Part shown: piece by piece, positions 38,373 to 52,154 of the stretch
Numbering within the stretch: the first letter of the stretch is position 1
Layout: every line of letters starts with the position of its first letter
Source: Massalongia carnosa
Taxonomy: Eukaryota
NCBI GenBank assembly: GCA_965645245.1
Contig: OZ287071.1
Span: forward strand, 620,001-684,000
Reading direction: 5' to 3'
Length of the DNA stretch: 64,000 nt
Program-made: the position numbers and the translations under genes
The notes under the pieces: generated by a model
Told to the model about the DNA's origin: nothing
The model's database searches: none
The model's input: the letters and a program-made list of their open reading frames with translations, nothing else

Positions 38373-39835
38373 AAATGTTTGACTTCTTCCCCTTTTCTTT
38401 CGCTCTTTTCCTTTTTCTTTCAAGGACCTCACAGATACACATTATTAGGTACACTGAGGGGTCATGGGGATCCCGCAGGCGATAATACTGGTTACTACGT
38501 TTTTATTCCTTAAAAGGTTTTCCTATGTACAATAGTCATATAGAACCACGCCCGTCATGGGCCGGCCTTCGGCCGGTGACATATCGGTGTAAGAATTTAT
38601 CATCATCATCATCCCTATCCTCTTCTTTTCCCATCAGCCCCTTCCCTCCCTTAAAAATTTGCTATCGAAGGCCCCATAACAACATTTCTTGTGCCCGAGA
38701 AGAAGAAGATCCTCTGTGCCGAAAGAAAGCGATACAACTTACCCCAACCGCTTATAGTTTGTTATTTCTTGATAAATTCCCCACGTTCCCGGCTTGATTA
38801 ACTCGATTAACGTTCTCTTATATGCATGCATGCAAAGTCTACCTCTCCCAAAACTTTATAAAAAATGTTTCTCCAAATCCACACCCTCCATCGCTTAACC
38901 CTTTATGTACCATCTACCTGCTAATCAAACAAACCTCCCAACCTAATAATACCTGATATCTCCCCCTTTCCCCCATTCCCCATCTCTCTCTCTCTCTCTC
39001 TCTCCCACGCTCACTCGCTAACCCCCCCCCCCCCCTTTCCCTCCAACCAACTCGGGGTCACGCCGCAGTTGAACGGGCCCTCCCTCCCTCCCGGTAAGAC
39101 AGGGGCACCAGCGTTCGAATAGTGTACGCGCGCATCCTTGCTGCTTCACCCATTCCTCCAACTTATCCACCTATCTCCACCAGCTACCACCACCCTTCCT
39201 CCGTGATCTGAATGGCCAGATTTCCAGAGTCTGGAAAAGAACCCGTGACTAGTAGAGGAAAATTGGGAGGAGTCGTATGAGGTCAAGAGAAAATAGAGGA
39301 AGGACAAGAAGAAAGGGGGGGGGAGGGGGGATTTTGTTTCCTGGGCTTGGCTTGGGAGTTTGGGGGGGGGGGGGTTTAATTGGTTGGATTGATTTGGTTA
39401 CCCCCTGATCTGGACCGAGAGTGTCTCGAGGAGGTGAAGGGGAGAATCAGAGATTTGCCTATAGGTATGTATGGCAGTCGGGGTGGAATAGACAAGATGA
39501 TTCGGAATGGGGTCCTTTTGCTAAAGTACCTGCCTACCTGCCTGCCTAGGTCAGGTATGTAAGTAGGTAGAATGCGAAAAAGTATGCGTTGTGCAACCCA
39601 ACTCCCAACCCCCAAACCCCCTGACGGCCGTTCCAACCGTTCCGTACATAAACATGCCTCCATCGGCTACTGGAAATACATGTTCTATAACAAAAGCAAC
39701 TTTGGGGGGGAGTTATTATATCCAACCCCGACCAGCTGGTCGGTTTCTAGATTGAGATTGATTTGATGAGTTTGTGGGTTTGTAGTCTGTTTTACATAGT
39801 TTGTTCACATACACACACACACACACACACACTCA

Positions 39836-41921
39836 CTAGCTAATCGCCACCATCGCTAGAACCGCCATTCCCACCACGGAGAAGGGAACCACCATTCTGC
39901 CTCTGCCGGCGGCGCTCTTCTTCGTGCTGATGGAGCTGAGCACGAGTTTCGGGTCGTATTTGGCAGGGGTGGTATTATTCACCGTGCCGTCCCAGCAGTA
40001 TTTCTGGAAACATTGATGGCAAGCGTCCGGCACGCGCGTATTGGTTCGTTCGAGGCTGCGGCTGAGGATCGCACATGCCACGCACGTGGGCCACTGGGAG
40101 TCAGCAGTCGCGTTCCCCATGGTGGCGGCTTCGTAGCCGTTCTGCACGATGGCATTGCGGGTGGAGGTGTTGTAGCTAGGGTCGAAGGTGGACACGTTGG
40201 AGTGAAAGACATAGGGGAAGTTGGGGATGTACACGACGAGGGGAGTGGGACTGCTCGTGTTGGAGGAGTTGCAGCCGAAGAAGGTAGGCCGTGTGTTAAG
40301 ACCTAGGTTGACGAAGGTGTTTTGGCCAGGCACGGCGGGGAAAGATGTTCCGTTGCTGAGCTTAGTGAGACTGCGCTCGTAGGTAGCGACCAGTGAAGTC
40401 CCGTTCGGCCAGAAGTTTTCCGTATCAGCGCTCGAGTCGACGGCAAAGATGACGTCGACATGACGGATAGGCTGGATGAGGGGGTGAAGGGGGATATTTT
40501 GAAGATCTTCGCCGCCATCCACGAGAGTGAGCCGTTGAGACTGTGAGTTCGGCGACGTAGCATTGTGAAAGCCCAAAAATGGATTAGGACTGAAGTCGGC
40601 GATGTCTTTGTTGTTTTGATCGACGCTTTGAAGAATCTTCTTGACAAAGTCCTTGGCAGCGGTAGGAGCATTTTTCTGATCGATTTGAAGGAGAAATGTG
40701 TTGAACAAAGACGACGAGGTACCCATAATATACCCGGCATTGTCAAAGCCACGAATACATTTCTTGTCTGAGGGAAGAACTCCGTTGGAGAAATTTGATC
40801 CCAGGTACTTCAGAGGCGCAAAACCGAAAGTGCTGGGGTCGAATGTCCCAAGCTCCCAAGGATTGAACTCAAAGACTGTAGCATTTCCGCCAACCAACAG
40901 CTCATCGGGAGCACGGCCGTCAGCCACAAGCAGAGGCATAGGAGTGCCACCCCGGGCAAAGTCGTCTTGCAACGCAATTGATGACCAGGTATATCCAGGT
41001 CCACCGTCTGTCGCGTTAACAAGTTGGTATGAAAGGGCCCGACCCCAATAATCAGTGATTGAAACTTGGAAATTAGCATCGGATTTTCCGATGACGGCTT
41101 TGTGTATTTCATCAAAATAGTCGGCCGTGTTCAAAAGCTGGACTCCGCTCATCGCCGGACCTTGGAAGATTGAATGATCGAATTGCCATACTGAACTTGT
41201 CTTTTCGCTGTGAAGTAGATTCGATACGGCCGTGAAATTGTTTATGAAAATACTCCCTACCAGCCATCCACCACCTGATAGACCAGCGAGGTATGTAGAA
41301 GCTTGCAGTAGACCTCCTAAATGACCTGATGCCGTTGAGTTCTCCTCTCGTAAGTCGAAGGCTTGTAAGGCGCCCCCTGTTATGTTTGAAGTGAGCACGA
41401 ATTCACCAGTATCTGATACCAATATATCGGTAGAAGAAGCACTGCTCACCTCCATTCATCAGGGCTCTGTATCCGCCCCCAGAGACCGCAATAGCAACGT
41501 TTGGAAGGGCTGTAGAGTTTTGGGCATGATTTGAGATATACGCAGCACCGTCAAAGTTGGCGATTTTCAATCTCCCCAACAAGTCTCGCATGGGATCGAC
41601 GGTTTTGTTCCTTCGTAGTTCCAGCCATGCAGTCTCGTTTGGCGATAGTTTTGATGCGCTGCGAATGGTAGGGCGATTGGACGGACAGCCCCCGTCCTTT
41701 GGCACATAGCCATCTGGTGCGTTCGGGAGGGCACGACGTTCAATTGACGCAGCGAGATCGGTATTTGTTGAATGAGTGTTCGAGGAGGCTGCAGTAATGA
41801 TCAATATCAAAATTGATTGGGGGAACTAGTTTATGGAGTGCATACAATGACCCGATGCAGCTAGAGCGAAGAATGCAAGCACTTTCAAGGCTGCGAAATA
41901 CCTAGACATCATTGAAGCCAT
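39836..41921 (-). CDS. Lysophospholipase / phospholipase B, secreted, probable GPI anchor
   Basis: Signal peptide, [27 protein letters not shown] catalytic motif, [17 protein letters not shown], hydrophobic C-tail. Introns near 41845-41792 and 41449-41378. The start could be 41921, 41912 or 41909. Confidence 0.95.
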
Positions 41922-42597
41922 ACAGACTACAGATTACTAGTGAACAAAGCAAACATGGAGAGAGCACGAATGCGCTCTGGAAGGAAGTTTGAGCGAACAC
42001 GTATAGAAATACCAAGAAATACCTACAGCCCGAGCCTCAGTCTGACGTGGCTAAGTACGGGGTTAAGAAGCGTGAGGCGTTAAAAGTGAGGCGTTAAGAA
42101 GGGTAAAGCGTAAGCTGATCGGCGCAAGGGTTTGCCGCACATATTTTTGGCATCCATCGGAGACCTTCCTCTTTTCATACTACATATGTACTCATCATGG
42201 GTTGACGAAACTGTCGTTACAAAAGATTTCCGTGTCAACTTCATTGGTTCATTTGCTAGATATGAGGGAACATGCAGGCCTATGCATGGGGAGGCGACGG
42301 TTTGAATGTTTGGTTTCGTAACGTAACGCTGTAACGCTCAGATCTTTGGCACGGTATCCTTAACACGACCATATGCTTGCATCAAAATCGAAACGAGAGG
42401 TATCAGCCTCGTGAATGCATTGCTTTTGGCTCATTCTCTTGTCACCTATCTTTCCTGTTCGTAAGGTATTTCCCCAAAACCAGATCATTGGCTCAAACTT
42501 CGGGATATTAACTGGCTACATAGCCCTAGGTTTTGGAGGGATGCTGGCTTACCCTCTCCCCAATCGATAACTATATACTTATCCGTCTGATCCTCCC

Positions 42598-43651
42598 TCA
42601 CCAAGCAGCGTGACCTCCGTCTATCCTCAAGTCGCTTCCCGTCATGAACGAGCTTGCCGAGCTGATCAGAAATACCGCTGCACCTCTGTACTCCTCGGGC
42701 TTACTCAGCCTCCCAAGCATGTTTTGTTTCGGCCACTCGGTTCTTCGCTCCGGGTACTTCTTGAACAGCTCCTCCACCATAGCCGTAACGATATAGCCAG
42801 GTGATATTGTGTTAACTCGAATACCATACTGACCCCATTCCGATGCCAGATTCCGTGCTAGCTGTATCACGCCGGCTTTGGATGCGTTATATGCAGGGCA
42901 AATCAACCCCTGAAACTATCAGCAGCGCCCGTACTTATATCTCAAGAAAGCCGCTTACTCGATTAGCTATGGTAGCGCTCATGGAGGCTATCAATACAAT
43001 GCTTCCGCTCTTCTCGTATCGGATCATCTGTTTAGCAACTGCCTGAGCCGTCATAAAGACACCGGTAGTATTGATTTCAAACATCAGATTCGCGTCCTTG
43101 GCCGTGTAGTCCAACGCTGTCGTTTCCTGCTGAATCCCCGCAGCCGCGATCAGTCCATCCACGCGGCTATGAGCCTTTCCAATGTCTTCGACAATCTTGT
43201 TTAAGCCCTTGACGTCCCGCACATCGATCTGTCGATAACTCAATGAAGTATCAAGCTCTTCTGCTGCCCGTTTCTGAACACGGAAGAAATATGGTGAAGG
43301 TTCTGACAGTCGGTCCAAAGCGTAGACAATGGCGCCAGCTTCCAGCAAAGCTTCAGCCTGGATAATGCCTAGTCCTCGAGCAGCACCCGAAACAATAACC
43401 ACCTTATTTTTGAGGTTGAACTCTGGCATTCGGCTTGTTCCCAGAAAACTCGAACTCTCGCTTTCGCTCTGTGAAGGCTTCAAAGCTTTCGAGAAAATAC
43501 CTGGGGGCTTATCTCCTAGAGCCTGTGGAGAGTCTTTCTGTTTTGAACCCTCGAGGCATGAAGCCCCCAGGTGAGAGAAGTACCGAGAGAACGGAGGAGC
43601 ATATACTCGCTTGGATAACAGGACTGCTCGAGAAAACTGACGTATATTCAT
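42598..43651 (-). CDS. Short-chain dehydrogenase/reductase (polyol/sugar reductase-like) with a putative mitochondrial presequence
   Basis: SGAARGLG, IASMS, YNASK, RVNTISPGY, IDGG. Intron 42958-42910. Arg/Ser-rich N-terminus MNIRQFSRAVLLSKR. Confidence 0.93.
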
Positions 43652-44120
43652 GGTTGAAACTGAAATATGGCTCTTAACTGAATTCGCCAAAATGAAAATT
43701 TCTTTCCCTTTTCTAATCCCAATCGTAGGATGCCCACGCAGCTTTTGTAACGAGCGGAGTAGTGGCAGATCAAGCTTAATTTCATAGACTTCAAGCAAAG
43801 GGGTTTCTCAACCATTGAAACATCTTCATTATACAGAAAAGACCCGTCCTGTAACCCTAAAGAAGTTGGGATCAAAGATACCTTACCTCAGTTTAGACGG
43901 GACACAAGAACTGCTAATACTGATTGGCAGCATTTGAGAAGGGGGGCTTTGCGGGGCAGGCGCCAAGCGATTTTCTACACCCCTCTGCACCCCTCTTCTC
44001 TAGGTACTCTATACAACGACTGCTCACTACTCTCTGAGTATCTACTTTTGTCCCCCAGTTGTATCATGGGGTCCTTGTTAGAGTTCATTTATTTGGTCCT
44101 TAAGGCTCACTTGGCTCAAG

Positions 44121-45957
44121 ATGGCTACTACAAGAATCCCCATAACCCCACATTGGCAAGAGATTGCTAAGAGAGCGCAAGAATACTGTGATGCGACCAT
44201 CAATCTTGTTGAGCCATCTATCCCCAAAGTTCCAGCAGAACTCCCGCTAGACATGACTGCGATACCCAGAAACCTGCTCTCGCCCGAAGAGTTGGATATT
44301 ACGCAGCTTGGGCCCGCGCAACTAGTCATATCCCTTGCGAGTGGGCAACTCAGGAGTGTGGAAGTGATCACGGCTTTCTTGCAGCGAGCTGGCATTGCAC
44401 AGCGGCTTGTGAGATGACTTGAACCTTGGAATAAGCTAATGCTAACTAACCAAGGTAAACTGTATCACAGAGCTCCTTCCTAAGAGAGCACTTATTAGAG
44501 CCAAATTTCTCGATGACTTCTACTTTGAGCATAAAAACCCTATTGGACCGCTACATGGTTTACCCATCAGCGTGAAGGAGCATATTGGGTTCAAAGATCT
44601 TGGGCTAAATGCAGGTTTTGTCAGTCGGTGGGACAACAAAGCGGAAGAAGATGCTGATATTCTTAAAATCCTTTGGCAAGCAGGCTGCGTGTTTTATGCC
44701 CGAACGACTGAGCCACAAAGTTTGATGCATCTGGAGACGTCAAGTAACCTCTACGGAACTACGGTCAATCCGTTCAATCGTAATCTTACCTCTGGAGGGA
44801 GTTCCGGGGGGGAGGGCGCTCTGATTGGTTTCCGAGGAAGCTGCCTAGGTGTTGGGTCGGACATTGGAGGAAGTATACGCAGTCCCGCGGCGAATTGTGG
44901 GCTGTACGGTCTTCGACCTACATCGTGTCGACTGCCGATATATGGTATGGACGCTACCGTGCTGGGATCAGAACAAGTTATACCAGTCTTTGGACCTTTG
45001 AGTACTTCTTTAGAAGGCATCAAACTTTTCATGAAGACCGTCATCGCAGCAAAGCCCTGGCGGGTAGACCCCCTATCAATCCAATTCCCTTGGCGAGACG
45101 AGGAGACCCGCTTGGCAAGGACAAAAAACTGAAGATAGGAATCATATGGAGTGATGAGGTTGTGAAACCCCACCCACCAGTTTTGCGAGCCCTCAAAGAA
45201 GTGTCGGAGAAACTACATGCCGTAGATAAATTCGAAGTTGTCAACTTGAGAGCTTATCGGCACGACGAAGCATGAGAGATCATTGCCCATCTCTACTTCT
45301 GTGATGGGGCCGAGGAAGAGAGAAGATCTATTGACGAGTCAGGAGAGCCGTGGCGACCATTGTCTAACTTCATCATCAAAGAAAACCCGTATGTGAAGCG
45401 TCTGAGCGTAGAAGAAATCTGGTATTGGACTGCCCGAAGGGATACATACAGACGTGCCTATGCTAAGATCTGGAACGATGCTGCCAGCACGATCGATAGG
45501 CAGGATGCGGAAGCTGCAAGACCTTTGGACGTCATCCTCTGTCCTGTTGGCCCCGGAGCTGCGCCTCCGTTTGATAACGCCAAGTATTGGGGCTACACAA
45601 GCCAATGGAACTTGTTACACTATCCCGCACTCGTGTTCCCCGTCTCCAAAGTGGACCCCCATGTAGATGTGGTTGACAAGCTCTACCAGCCATTGAACGA
45701 AAAGGACGAGTTCAACCACAGGTTATGTTAGAACCATAGGCCCCGCTTACATATTCCCCACTGATATACTAATAGACGACCCTGAGAAATATCAAGGCGC
45801 ACCCATTTCGCTACAACTGGTTGGGCGACGTTACGACGACGAGAAAGTACAGCCCACCTTTCATCCTGGTGAGAAGGAGCTAATTTTCTCTCAGGTCATC
45901 GCAGCACTCGAGTACATCACCGAGAAGATCGCCCTCCCATTCGCTCAATTCTCATGA
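44121..45957 (+). pseudogene. Amidase-signature (acetamidase/general amidase) gene with frameshift and premature stop
   Basis: GPLHGLPISVK, GGSSGGEG, GSDIGGSIRSPA. Introns 44409-44454, 45727-45775, 45848-45894. One-base frameshift near 45105-45125; in-frame TGA at 45273-45275. Confidence 0.85.
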
Positions 45958-46637
45958 GAGGACCGCAACGTCTATCTGCACCTAAGTTTCCGGGCTTTCG
46001 TAGGGCGTAAGCCAGGGGCCGGATCGAAGTAGATCGGAGAGCTTCCGCTCAACACCACAAGCGATGTATTAATACCAGCACCCCGAAATGGGAACTCCCG
46101 GTAATCCCTTTAAATGACCCCCTTAATCCTCTCCTCGGAACATACCTAGCCGTGAGCTGCCCCATCGATCTCTCACCCCCTATCGTTTGCCACCAAACCT
46201 ACCTGTCCCCCCCACCCCCCCGGCCAAAAAGTATCCCTTTAGCCCTCCGTATTCTTATACGAATCCTCCCTCCCAGCCTGTTTCTTTCTCTCCAATCTGT
46301 AAAACCCCCAACCTCCAACCCCCCCCCCCAAAACCCTCAAATCCACTGGACCGGATCCTTGGCGTCGTGAAATTGCCACAAGATTATATGTAGGCAAACT
46401 TCTGGTCTGCGCAACAGTCAAGAGCCGCGGTGTAGGAGGGAAAGCGAATTAGCGAGGGAGGAGAGTGACCCATACGGGGAGCGGATGGTTTAGTCGCGTG
46501 ATTGGGATAAGTGCTCGATGCCGCCTCGATAATGCGTGTGCCCTAACTCTTGACACCACCCTTTTGCATCCTATTCCTCTTCACCTCGTCACCTACCTCC
46601 CCAGCCCCCCCTCCCACCGCCCAACAGCCAAACACCC

Positions 46638-47472
46638 TCAACTCCCCCCAACATTCCCCACCACACCCCTCTCCCCCAAACCCGCTACCACTCCCCTCCT
46701 CAGTCCCAACCGCGCCTCAATCTCCCCCTCCCCCACGCCCTTATCGTCCCTCAACATCAACACCTGCCGCACCATCACCACGTCCAGGAACCTCCTCCCC
46801 CTTTCTCCTCCTTTTCCTTCTCCCTCTCCCTGGCCGCCGGTTCGGGCGCGCGCGAACTCCCGCTCCGCTGCGGCTGCGAGGCGGGAGCGCGCGGAGAGGA
46901 TCTGGAGGGCTGGATTGAGGAAAGTGGGGGGTTGGGATTTTTGGTTGTGGCGGTCGTAAGTGGGAGAGGGTGTGGATGTGGATGTGGAAGCGGGGGGTTG
47001 GAAAGGGGAAGAGGAGGCGAATGTGGAGGAGTGGGAGAATGTAGAGGAGGGCGTGACGGGGCCGATGGCGCGAAGAGATTGCGCGTAGGTGGGATCGGAG
47101 ACGTCGATGGTGGAGGAGTTTTTAATAGCTATTATTTTGGGAAGGGGGAGGGGGGAGGAAAGTAGTTAGCGGTTATGAAATCTTTGAGGGGCACGAAGGA
47201 GTGGTGTATTGATCAATTCCGTAGAGGTAACGGATAGGGGAACGGAATGAGAAGATAAAGTTAAATAGATAGATACCTTCTTCATTTTTCGAAGCTCTCG
47301 CTTTTACTGGATCGGGGGAAGTGCTTGCGGCGGAGGGACCAGTGGTGGTGTTTGAGGGGGGGGGCGGAGGGGCGCGGGCGGAGTGCGCGGGAGGAGGGGG
47401 AGGTTGCTGGGGGTATTTTCGCAGGGTTCGGGCGGGAGGGAGGCGCGTAGCCTTGGATGTGAAAGACCCCAT
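46638..47472 (-). CDS. Conserved fungal hypothetical protein (2 exons) with a possible myristoylation start and C-terminal helical domain
   Basis: MGSFTSK start; intron ~47276-47129. Exon 2 reads DPTYAQSLRAIGPV...NPALQILSAR...RFLDVVMVRQVLMLRD...IEARLGLRRGVVAGLG to TGA at 46638. Confidence 0.75.
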
Positions 47473-49026
47473 GTTTTTCTTCAGGGGAAAGGAGGAGGTG
47501 AGGTGTAGGACGGGGGGGGATTGGACAACACGCTTTCGTTTGTGATCTGGAAAGTATTCCGAAAGTGGTTGTAGCGTTTTGTGCTTAACTATGCTTAACT
47601 AGGCTTAACTAGCTGCAATGCGGATAGATAGGAGCAATAATCTGGATCTCGATAATACAGAGTCCCTTTGCTTCCAGACTCAGCCTCCTGAAGATATTGT
47701 ATACAGCGATTTCCTGCCTTGTGATCGGCAGTCATAACTACTAATGATTAAAACTAGATGGACACTATGATCATTCCTGCTCTAGTGATCTTGTGTTAAT
47801 ACAAAAAACTCTTGCTCTTCTCTTCCTCAATTCATCCTCTAGCTATATCTACATGATACGTGTAGAATATCCCCACACTGAATATTTCTAAAGGAAGATA
47901 ACACGAGAGAGCGATATCCATCTACTTTTCCCCTTTCTTCTTCTTCTTCTTCTCCTTCTCCCTGTCAGGCCACCTCGAAGGCTGAATAATGCTGATGCTG
48001 GTGCGTGGAATGTCTCGTTTCCGTCGCTATTCCAAGGCCGAGACTAAGGCATCAAGAACGAAGGTTCTAGGACTCGAGGCGGCTTGGGAGTGTTTTTAAA
48101 TGATCATAGCTGGTTTGGGGGGGGGGGGGGGGGGGTTAGTGAAGATATCCATCTATCGTGATAGGAAACTCTATTCGTGGTTTGGTCTGGGAAGGTGGGT
48201 GGGGGGGGGAGGGGGTTATGTAGGTAGGTAAGCGAGCGCTTGGATTTCTAGCTTCTGAAGATGGTAAGAGGTTAATGAGAGTTTATTTTTGGGAATGGAA
48301 TGGAATGTCATGGAAGCGGAAAGGGGGTTGGGTACCTATCTATCTGATCATAAGGTCTGCGTTATGGGCTTTAAATTTTTTGTGTGTGTGTGTGTGTATG
48401 TGTGAGAGAGAGAGAGAGAGAGAGCTCTTTGAGCATGGAGGGGGTTTTTTTATTGCGGTTGTAGGACGGGTATTCGACCACATTGCAAATGGAAGTTGAG
48501 ATGAAAGGAGAGGGGGGGGGAGGGGGGTAAGGTGGGAAAGGGAAGATTGGTTGCATATGAGATGTGGATATGTAGTAGTTACGGAGGGAGATAGATGCTA
48601 GATATGGGTATGGGTGGATGTGGATAGAGAAAATATATGGACAGGTAGGTACGGAGTAGGCTGTAGGTGGTTGTATGTAAATTAGAGAGATAGATTCAGG
48701 TATAACAGTTGCAATTTAATCTACTTTACTGTATGAACAAATTGATATAACCCATATTGCAAATCCACAAGGTAGAAACCGGACGTTACCTCTCTGAGCC
48801 CTTTTAGCTTCTGCGTGGTTGCGGGTGTTTAATTATTTTGGTTTTGGTGTTTCGTTTATGGTCAGGTTGGATGAAGCCAGGATCAGTTTTAGCGCCGAGG
48901 GTTTAGTATTGCCGTTAAAATAGGGGAGGGTAGGTACGTAGGTAGGTAGTACCCGTTTAGCCTGAATATCAAGAGACGTCAGGAAATCCGGCGTCCTAGA
49001 AAATTACAGCTGACCGCCATGGCGTT

Positions 49027-51150
49027 TTAGTCTATGATTTCCTAGACCTCTAGAGATTAGTTTTCCTACCAAAGGAAGAATCAATCCGAAAAAGCATCGC
49101 ATACGCTTGCGATTTTGCTCCGTGCACGGATTTTAGGTCCATAGAAGACAAGAACCCATGGCACAGTCATCAGCACAGCTCCCTATTTCGGCTGTTAGTG
49201 ATGAGTCAGTAGGAAAAGTAGCGCCCACATACCACGCCTCCTAGGAAACTTGAAGCCCCAGCAAAAGTCATTCGGGTAAACATTGCGTGCGTGATGAGTG
49301 GGAAAACCCCACCGAGCATGTTGCGGCCTGTATATTTGATCAGTCAGAATGTGTAGATTTAGGCTAGAGAGTATGCAATGGTCGAGGCTCCTTGGCGACC
49401 AAAAGACATCTGGATTCAGGGCTAAATCAAAACATACAAAACGACTGTGCAGCTAACGCTGAGCTTGCATAGCGATGATAGGTATCGGCAAGATAATTGA
49501 AGACGGCCAGATATACAGAAAATACCCCCATGGTAGCACATCCAATGGCTATTGTAGGGATAATCCAATGAATCTGAGGCGAGGATGTCCAACCTTGCAG
49601 GAAATTGATTAGTTTTGAGTAGTGATAGGGATGTTGGAGCGGGTGATCGTTACCAAACCAGAATAACCCGATCGGCATAAGAGTGCTCTCAATGCAGCAG
49701 AAATAAAGTCTTCCTTCTGGTGTAGGGGATATCCTCCCGTAATATTTCGCAATCTTTTCCTGATATATACTAAGGATTGTCGAAATAATAGCACCGACGC
49801 ACATAGCTAATCAGTCAGTGTATGACCCATTACTGAATTGCCATATATAGCTTGAAAGTCTGGTAAATTGCTATATGCGTGATTAAAGATTGTAAAAATA
49901 ACTTACAAGCAAAAACGGCCCCATTCTGCTGCACATTGAAATGGTGATTTGTACCAAATACCAACGGGATGGACGAAAACATCAGATATAGCACAGCCCA
50001 GCTAAATGCTATCCATAGGGAAAAAAAGAATACCACAGGCTCGGTAGAGAGCAAGTCTGGTAGATTATGAGGATTTGTTCCAGTATTCAGGACAATATAA
50101 CTTACGAAAAGGTCGGTAGATAGATATCCTAATCATCTTGCCTAGACTATCCCTTTCCTCGTCGGATCTGACTTTCCACCTGATTCGCTGTTTTACTCTT
50201 CCCATTCCATTAGAGGCTGGCATTTCGAACCCAACGAAACCAGCTTCCTCTCGCTTCGTGTACCATTCATTGAGTGCATGCGCTCTTCTGCTAAGCAGTA
50301 CACTTCCTCGAGTTTCTTTGAAAAACAAAACCACCAGAAGAATCATGAAAGCACTCGTCATGACCTGCACGTAGAAAACCCAGCGCCATGATAAGTGCTG
50401 AGCGATGAAACCGGAGCAAAAGGGGCCTAGCCCGGTTCCTAACAACGCCGCGCCGGCAAATAAGGCCATTGGTTGATTTCTATCATCGGATTCGTATATG
50501 TCCGAGACAACCCCTCCCACCATCGTTGAGAAGGTTGAGCCCCCTACTCCCAGAAAGAACCGAGCAACTAGCATTCCAGGGTATGAGCGAGTGAGGGCAC
50601 AGCATAGTTGACAGAACACAAAGAGAATTCCAGTGCCGACAAAGACAGGCCTTCTCCCGTTGATTTCGGAAAAAGGGGCAAGCACCATCGGAGCGATTGA
50701 GAAACCTGTCGTAAAGGTGGTGATACCGACGTAGATGGCTTCCTGGCTAACGCCCCAATAATCCGATAACTGGAGCGAAGCAGAACTGTAAGCACCGGCA
50801 CTGTATGCCGTGATGACCGTTACCGCCGATGAGAGCCAGGTGATTAATGTCTTGCAGGACTTGGACCAGGTAAAAGGCGAAACGAACAGGTGAAGGCTTG
50901 GTGGCTCCGGGGCAGACAGCACATCTAGCTGCGATAATCTCGAGTTTGACGGTAACGGGAGCTCAGTCTCAAAGGTCAAGTAGTGATATATTATTGGAAT
51001 ATCGAGGAAGGATGGAGTGGGCGATGCTGATATTTTCTCGTTCGGGCTAACATCCACTACGTTTTGGGACTCGCTCAGTTTCTTTGGCTTTGCCGGGCTC
51101 AATGACGGTTCTGAAGGGGAATATGGGAGCACGATCTCTGGTGTCGCCAT
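49027..51150 (-). CDS. MFS transporter, DHA1 (drug:H+ antiporter)-type, multi-exon
   Basis: APFSEINGRRPVF, RFFLGVGGS, FFKETRG, PEGRL, NYLADTYHRYASSALAA, YGPKIRARSK. Final exon EIID* ends at 49027. Confidence 0.93.
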
Positions 51151-52020
51151 GACCGATCGACCACTGAGACAATCTTTGTAAAACAGAAAATAGCTAGAAA
51201 GCCACCCCGCTTGAGTATACGGTGAACGTATTCCTTCGGGGCGTGCGTGTAGCCATACCAGTAACAATCCAAACAGAAAGGAATATGCACAACTCTTGGA
51301 CAGTAGAGGATGAAGTCAGAAAAAAAGACAGCTGTCTAGGATTTATAACAAGCGTCATGATGATATCTGTGTACACCAATATTTCTTCCCCCCCCCCCCC
51401 CCCCAACAGCGATAGATATGAACTAAGGATATTCTTTATCCGGAAAAAATGCCGGCCGGATACCAGAGCGGAATTAGAGCCGTGAGTGCAAGAGAAGATG
51501 ATTGGAAGAGGAGGAGGAAGAAGAAGGAGAAGACGAGGAAGAAGAATTCGTTCGACTCATCGATTGCAGACGGCTTAGAAAGCGATCCCACGTTATACGC
51601 ATCTCATACTTTTCCTGCCGAGTCGTCCATTTCAATTTCTCCGTGGCGCTCCGAGGCCTAAGTTATCGCCGTTAACGGACCAGGTGTCATTTAGCTACTT
51701 TAGTTATCGGCGTTCCCATTCAATATGTGGCAATTGATAATGACCTAGGTACCTTACATACCGACCTATCCAGATTTCAGATGACGTGTGGATGGAGCGT
51801 AAGAAAGTCACGAGAGTTCAAAGGTGCGCATTTATACATAAGCCCAGCCAATCGACTACCTTCTGGCATATGGCGTGATCACTCAAATTGTAAGAATTAA
51901 GGATTGCGAGTTTGCTCCTCTTTGTTGCTGTTGACAGTGATTGCTATAATTAAGGTAAGGGATTTCCCACCGACTCTGTTCCCAATTTGTCCCTTTATTT
52001 CAGTTATTTCTCCTTTCCTA

Positions 52021-52118
52021 TCTCACATCTCACATCTCACGTCTCACATCTCACATCTCACATCTCACATTTCACATTTCACATTTCACATTTCACGTTT
52101 CACGTTTCACGTTTCACA
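52021..52118 (+). repeat. 7-bp microsatellite (TCTCACA grading to TTTCACA/G) upstream of the peroxiredoxin start
   Basis: About 14 copies. Confidence 0.9.
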
Positions 52119-52154
52119 TCTCTTTCCCCCCCTTCCTGCCCTGCGCGACCTAAA

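Larger units (their letters stand above)
36004..38610 (+). mobile_element. 5'-truncated non-LTR retrotransposon (Tad1-like LINE) with a nested insert in its 3' UTR
   Basis: 15-bp TSD ATCCCTATCCTCTTC (35989-36003, 38611-38625). Pol C-terminus with QIRTEKIGL...CICG...TAKHVIMHC zinc knuckle, stop at 36535. 3' stem-loop 38554-38580 and (ATC)n tail 38599-38613. Confidence 0.85.

Noticed and set aside
36570..38480. Group I intron P4 pairing (CTGCGGG with CCCGCAG near 38472)
   Set aside because: No R/S catalytic elements found, and the pairing crosses the inferred insertion boundary.
39836..51150. Metabolic gene cluster (PLB, SDR, amidase, MFS)
   Set aside because: No backbone enzyme or pathway-specific regulator, and the functions are unrelated.
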